NCBI GenBank assembly: GCA_963643255.1
Contig: CAVIIW010000008.1
Location: 8,553 to 72,552 of the forward strand
Length of the DNA stretch: 64,000 nt
Origin: Candidatus Methanomethylophilaceae archaeon
GTDB lineage: Archaea > Thermoplasmatota > Thermoplasmata > Methanomassiliicoccales > Methanomethylophilaceae
Direction of reading: 5' to 3'
Position numbers and translations under genes: made by a program. Shown here one piece after another: positions 59,798-64,000 of this stretch (position 1 is the first letter of the stretch; each line of letters begins with the position of its first letter). The notes below the pieces were generated by a model, which had not been told where the DNA came from, did not search any database, and was given only the letters and a program-made list of their open reading frames with translations.

Positions 59798-61069
59798 ATG
59801 TCCACCATAATGCAGGATGCCCAAAACGGTATCGTGACCGAGCAGTTCAAAGCTATAGCCAAGAAGGAAAAAGTTACCGAGAGATTCGTCATGGACGGAA
59901 TCGCATCGGGACGTATTGTCGCTCCGTGTAACCCTGCACACAATCCGGTACCTGCAGCAATAGGCGAAGGAATGTCCGTCAAAGTGAACGTAAACCTCGG
60001 TACGTCGAGGGATATGGTCTGCATTGACGATGAATTAAAGAAACTTGATATTGCGTTGGAATACGGTGCGGATGCCGTCATGGATTTAAGCACCGGAGGG
60101 GACATCGATGCAATCCGCGCTACAATTCTGAAGAAATGCCCTGTGATGACAGGTTCCGTCCCTATCTATCAGATCGGACTGACTGCGGCGAGAAAAAATG
60201 CCGTTGTCGAGATGACTGAAGACGATATGTTCAACGGTATCGAAAAACACGCCAAAGACGGAATGGACTTCATGACCGTTCACTGCGGAATAACCAAAGA
60301 GAACGTAGATTGGCTGAAGAAATCCGGAAGAAAGATGGATGTTGTCTCACGCGGAGGCTCGTTCCTCACTGCGTGGATCCTTCACAACGGAGAAGAAAAT
60401 CCTCTGTACAAAAACTTCGACTATCTTCTCGAAATTGCAAAGAAGTATGAAGTCACACTTTCACTCGGAGACGGATTCAGACCCGGATGCATCGACGATG
60501 CATCCGATGCAGCCCAGATCTCGGAATTAAGAACGCTGGGTCATCTTGTGAAAAGATCCCGTGAGGCGGGAGTTCAGGCCATGGTGGAAGGTCCCGGACA
60601 CATGCCCATGGATCAGATCGAAGGCAACATGATGCTGGAAAAACACCTCTGTTACGGCGCACCGTTCTACGTACTCGGTCCGTTGGTAACGGATATCGCG
60701 CCTGGTTACGATCACATCGTGGGAGCAATCGGCGGAGCGGTAGCGGCAAAAGCGGGAGCGGATTTCTTATGTTATCTGACACCTGCGGAGCACCTGTCGT
60801 TACCGAATGTAGATGATGTCAAAGAAGGACTGATTGCTTCGAAGATTGCGGCACACGTCGGAGACATGATGCGCGGAAAGGGACACGAAGCCGACACAAG
60901 GATGGCAGTCGCAAGGAAAAACCTTGACTGGGACACTATGTTCGACGTATGTCTCGATCCTGTCAAAGCGAAAGCATACAGAGAGCGCGGCTGCACTAAG
61001 AAGGAAGACGGCTGCTCCATGTGCGGAGACGTCTGCGCAATCAAGATTGTAAATCAGTACCTGAAGTGA
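59798..61069 (+). CDS. thiC: Phosphomethylpyrimidine synthase
   Basis: VNVNLGTS, MDLSTGG, SRGGS, GDGxRPGC, VEGPGHMP and the C-terminal CSMCGxxC are present in 423 aa. Confidence 0.93.
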   Translation: MSTIMQDAQNGIVTEQFKAIAKKEKVTERFVMDGIASGRIVAPCNPAHNPVPAAIGEGMSVKVNVNLGTSRDMVCIDDELKKLDIALEYGADAVMDLSTGGDIDAIRATILKKCPVMTGSVPIYQIGLTAARKNAVVEMTEDDMFNGIEKHAKDGMDFMTVHCGITKENVDWLKKSGRKMDVVSRGGSFLTAWILHNGEENPLYKNFDYLLEIAKKYEVTLSLGDGFRPGCIDDASDAAQISELRTLGHLVKRSREAGVQAMVEGPGHMPMDQIEGNMMLEKHLCYGAPFYVLGPLVTDIAPGYDHIVGAIGGAVAAKAGADFLCYLTPAEHLSLPNVDDVKEGLIASKIAAHVGDMMRGKGHEADTRMAVARKNLDWDTMFDVCLDPVKAKAYRERGCTKKEDGCSMCGDVCAIKIVNQYLK

Positions 61070-61070
61070 A

Positions 61071-61709
61071 TCATTCCTTCACGTCAGGCTCGATGTCAAT
61101 CGTGTCGGGCAAACCGAAGATGATATCGGAGATGCTCTCCGCAGATCTGATAACATCCATCGATTTATCATAAGGTCTTGCGAATATTCCGGGAATGCTG
61201 CTTTCCCCGTAAACCTCACGGGGAATGAATGCCAAATCAGGTTCGATCTTGCAGAATGTGGTATCTCTGGCACCTAAGCGTCCGCTTGCATCGACTTTGA
61301 TCCATTTTCCGTCGAGGTATACTGCGTTGTAACAGTGCAGATAGTATCCTTCGCTGTCGTCATCCACAACGGTAAGACGCTGATAACAGAATCCTGCGGG
61401 AATTCCCAATGCACGCACCATTGCGGCGAAAACCAACGCTTTCGCATCATCCGTACCGACCATCGCTCTGATTGTGGTGGATGCGGTCCAGGGAAGTGCA
61501 ATGGAATCGATGTTCATTGCGTTGGATATGCTGTCGCGGACAAATTCGAACACCGCTTTGACTTTATCTTCATCGGTTTTGCATCCAATGATTGTCTGCG
61601 ATGTTTCTCTCGTAATGAGCATGTCTTTCCAATCAACGTACTCCGTTTCTTCCAGAAATCTGTCCGTCGGCTCTGCCATATCCGCCGTAATAGAAACACA
61701 CATATTCAA
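61071..61709 (-). CDS. Transglutaminase-like domain protein (nucleophile Cys apparently absent)
   Basis: ...GTDDAKALVFAAMVRALGIPAGF...YYLHCYNAVYLDGKWIKVDASG has the family spacing with the His and Asp retained. The expected GxC position reads GTD. Confidence 0.7.
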   Translation of the reverse strand: MNMCVSITADMAEPTDRFLEETEYVDWKDMLITRETSQTIIGCKTDEDKVKAVFEFVRDSISNAMNIDSIALPWTASTTIRAMVGTDDAKALVFAAMVRALGIPAGFCYQRLTVVDDDSEGYYLHCYNAVYLDGKWIKVDASGRLGARDTTFCKIEPDLAFIPREVYGESSIPGIFARPYDKSMDVIRSAESISDIIFGLPDTIDIEPDVKE

Positions 61710-61826
61710 ACTGTCGCAATGAAAAAATACGGTAAAAATGAAAGAAAATATACTATGCCAACGGAAAAATAATTTTTTTCAAGCGTATTTATCGATGTAT
61801 ATGGAATTATGTTTAAATACTGATGT

Positions 61827-62405
61827 GTGAAATCACTTTTTATGTCACTTTTCAAGGACAATAAAATGATGGGTCTCGCAGTAATCATTATTGCGTTGGT
61901 CTTCGCAGTTACAGCTGTAGTCAGTATCGTCACGACACTGACCGGAGACGCTGAGGGCGATGAGAAACTTGCAGGCATCCTCGCAGGAGTCGGAAGCATT
62001 ATCGTTGCGTTGATTTACTTCGCATTCGGTTCGAAAGTACGCAAGGGCGACATCACCGGCAACATGAACCTCCTCGCAAAATTCGTTCAGGTCGTTGCAA
62101 TCGTTACAATCGTTCAGGCAATCTTCAGCATCCCCGTATGGATTGATGTTGTCATCGGAATCATCATCGGTGCAGTCATCTACTGGTGCTACACGAAGAT
62201 CGCAGACGGACAGACAACAACAGCAGACAAGATCATCTGGATCGTTCTCCTGGTTCTGTTCATCCTCGCACTCATCATGTCGGTCATTTCGATCTTTACA
62301 TTCACAATCGCCGCAATCCTCACCGGAGTCTGCGGAATCATCCTCTACGGATTCATGGTCACTCTTCTCTTCGACTCCGAGGTCAAGAGCAACATGGGAA
62401 TGTAA
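61827..62405 (+). CDS. Hypothetical polytopic membrane protein
   Basis: 192 aa with about five hydrophobic helices. No family was recognised. Confidence 0.55.
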   Translation: MKSLFMSLFKDNKMMGLAVIIIALVFAVTAVVSIVTTLTGDAEGDEKLAGILAGVGSIIVALIYFAFGSKVRKGDITGNMNLLAKFVQVVAIVTIVQAIFSIPVWIDVVIGIIIGAVIYWCYTKIADGQTTTADKIIWIVLLVLFILALIMSVISIFTFTIAAILTGVCGIILYGFMVTLLFDSEVKSNMGM

Positions 62406-62441
62406 ACCCGATAAAACATCTTTCAAAAAGAAAGGTGACAG

Positions 62442-62463
62442 CCCCTCCCCTTCGGGGAGGGGG
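62442..62463 (+). terminator. GC-rich 9-bp stem with a TTCG tetraloop downstream of the membrane protein gene
   Basis: cccctcccc-ttcg-ggggagggg lies 37 nt after the stop. No immediate T-run follows, so its function is uncertain. Confidence 0.4.
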
Positions 62464-62568
62464 TGCCTGCCTTATTGTGTATTATTTTCTGTTACTGGCT
62501 CTGATTCTTTTACGATGATATTTCAGACACAGAGACAGCGTACGCTGAACAAATTACAATGCAACAAT

Positions 62569-62646
62569 TGGAGCCGCTGACGAGATTTGAACTCGCGACA
62601 CTTCTGATTACGAATCAGACGCTGTACCGGGCTTAGCCACAGCGGC
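62569..62646 (-). tRNA. tRNA-Thr (anticodon CGT), CCA encoded
   Basis: The reverse complement is GCCGCTGTGGCTAAGCCCGGTACAGCGTCTGATTCGTAATCAGAAGTGTCGCGAGTTCAAATCTCGTCAGCGGCTCCA, with anticodon loop TTCGTAA and acceptor stem GCCGCTG/CAGCGGC. Confidence 0.92.
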
Positions 62647-62687
62647 TTCTGATGGCTACAATGATGTCAGGCATTTAAAGATAATGC

Positions 62688-63491
62688 TTAAAACATCGAT
62701 TTGAAAACAACCGCATCTTTCTCCTGAAGAGGGGACTCGCAGATGAACGTGCATTCCTGCTTCGTATCCCTGAGAACATTTGCCAGAAGCTGTAAATCCG
62801 GATCTTTTGCTTCCAAAGGAAGATGGGAAATCTCTCCCTTGTCGCCGTACTTTATGCAGCTGATATGGAAGTGCGCAATATCTCCGGAAAGAGAGAAGAA
62901 CTCATCCGTAAGGGATTTCATATCATCCTCGGTCTTCAGCCAACCCATGTCACGTGCGTGTACGTGCGCCACATCCAAAACAGGATGTGCTCCGTCGACG
63001 GAATCCATCACCTGGGATATTTCTTTCAGTGTACCCCACTGACCTTTTTTACCCATAGTCTCGACACCTAAGACTACGTCTTTTATGCCTTCGTCGTCCA
63101 TGATGTCCTTACATCTTGACAATCCGTCGATAACAGACTGTGTTGCGGCATCGGGTGTTTTTCCGTAGGATGCTGCATGAATGACGATAAGATACGCTCC
63201 GAGATTATGAGCGGCACGTACGGTATCCATAACCCATGCGACACTCTTATCCCTGGTCTCCTGGCTCTCCGAGTTGAATGAGATATAATACGGGGCGTGA
63301 CAGCTCAGCCTGATGTCTCTTTCTTTAGCCATACGGCCGACATCCTGTGCTTTTTCTACAGATATTCTTGCGCCTCTTACGAACTCTACTTCCAATGCGT
63401 CAAGACCGAGGGATTTGGTTGTGTCCAATCCGTCCTTCGGTGTCTTTGAACCCTGGGGGTATCCTGCGGGACCGAATCTCAGCATATGCAT
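62688..63491 (-). CDS. nfo: Endonuclease IV-like TIM-barrel (AP endonuclease family 2) protein
   Basis: MLRFGPAGYP..., SCHAPYYISFNS, VIHAASYG, LGVETMG, LDVAHVHA and HFHIS resemble the Nfo metal-ligand pattern. The start is at 63491 or 63485; the track ORF opens at 63596. Confidence 0.7.
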   Translation of the reverse strand: MHMLRFGPAGYPQGSKTPKDGLDTTKSLGLDALEVEFVRGARISVEKAQDVGRMAKERDIRLSCHAPYYISFNSESQETRDKSVAWVMDTVRAAHNLGAYLIVIHAASYGKTPDAATQSVIDGLSRCKDIMDDEGIKDVVLGVETMGKKGQWGTLKEISQVMDSVDGAHPVLDVAHVHARDMGWLKTEDDMKSLTDEFFSLSGDIAHFHISCIKYGDKGEISHLPLEAKDPDLQLLANVLRDTKQECTFICESPLQEKDAVVFKSMF

Positions 63492-63629
63492 TCCGCATAT
63501 GCACGAAGATATTTGATGTTCGTCATCGATGCATCGGTTATGAGGGTCAGGATGAAGATCTCCGTGGATGCCACTCTGGGATGCGGACAGGCACACAGGT
63601 GGATAAAGAAAGGAGATTCGTGGGAAGGC

Positions 63630-64000
63630 GTGATTGATAACAATATAGTTACAATAACACAGACCGAAGACGGATTCGAGTGTACCGGGTGTAATGATAC
63701 AAAAACAATTCTCGGTTACTTCCGTTCCGATGATGACTTGGATGAAATCTACAGGGAATGTTCCGCATCCGATTCTTATGTTTCCTCTCTTGCCGAAAGA
63801 TGTCCCGGACTGAGATTGTTAAGACAGGATCCGTGGGAATGTATTGCTACATATCTTCTTGCAACCAATGCAAACGTCAGACGTATCGGTATGATGGTTG
63901 AAAACGTCTGCAGAACATTCGGAAGAGATCTCGGAGGAAGATATTCATTCCCGAGACCTGAAGAGATCACCGAAACCGAAGAGCGTATCGGCGAATGTAA
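63630..64000 (+). CDS. ogg: 8-oxoguanine DNA glycosylase (Ogg, HhH-GPD) N-terminal part, runs off the window
   Basis: It is absent from the ORF track (no stop in the window). My translation gives ...CPGLRLLRQDPWECIATYLLATNANVRRIGMMVENVCRTFG..., an Ogg-type motif. A putative GTG start lies at 63630. It is divergent from the nfo-like gene. Confidence 0.7.
   Translation, partial: MIDNNIVTITQTEDGFECTGCNDTKTILGYFRSDDDLDEIYRECSASDSYVSSLAERCPGLRLLRQDPWECIATYLLATNANVRRIGMMVENVCRTFGRDLGGRYSFPRPEEITETEERIGEC

Overview
The window reads as a chromosomal segment of a euryarchaeon. A Thermoplasmata or Methanomassiliicoccales-like origin is my inference from an unsplit rpoB, gyrAB, gatDE, aTrm56, Elp3 and an HdrD-like protein. 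All calls rest on reading the supplied ORF translations and the DNA by eye; no searches were run.

Most of the window is densely packed housekeeping:
- gatE/gatD, hypB, purD, truA
- the classical archaeal cluster tRNA-Lys, rpoH, rpoB, rpoA1, rpoA2, rpl30e, nusA
- cdc48, elp3, a thioredoxin/thioredoxin-reductase operon, trm56
- nifS, an Lhr-type helicase, rlmE, purM, gyrB-gyrA, feoAB, thiC, nfo/ogg

I can fold five tRNAs by hand: Lys-TTT, Asn-GTT, CAT, Phe-GAA and Thr-CGT. I recognised no rRNA, CRISPR array, transposase or integrase.

The accessory part is about 33.1-40.3 kb, punctuated by tRNA-Asn and tRNA-CAT. It holds:
- an ElaA-like GNAT
- an MNT/HepT toxin-antitoxin pair
- a frameshifted PLD-nuclease/SF2-helicase/DUF3427 gene co-oriented with a MazG-like NTP pyrophosphatase
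- two tandem COG1373-type AAA+ ATPase paralogs, sitting in duplicated leader DNA with three copies of a 16-bp palindrome element

Other unusual items:
- a 1890-aa protein joining an AglB/STT3-like membrane domain (deviant WWDYG motif) to a long beta-sandwich tail with a second membrane anchor
- an HdrD-like Fe-S/CCG protein fused through an acidic linker of about 260 aa to a Vsr/DUF559-like domain with a poly-Lys tail
- lineage-type insertions or extensions in RNA polymerase subunits A', A'' and B
- a thioredoxin reductase that lacks the NADPH-binding motifs
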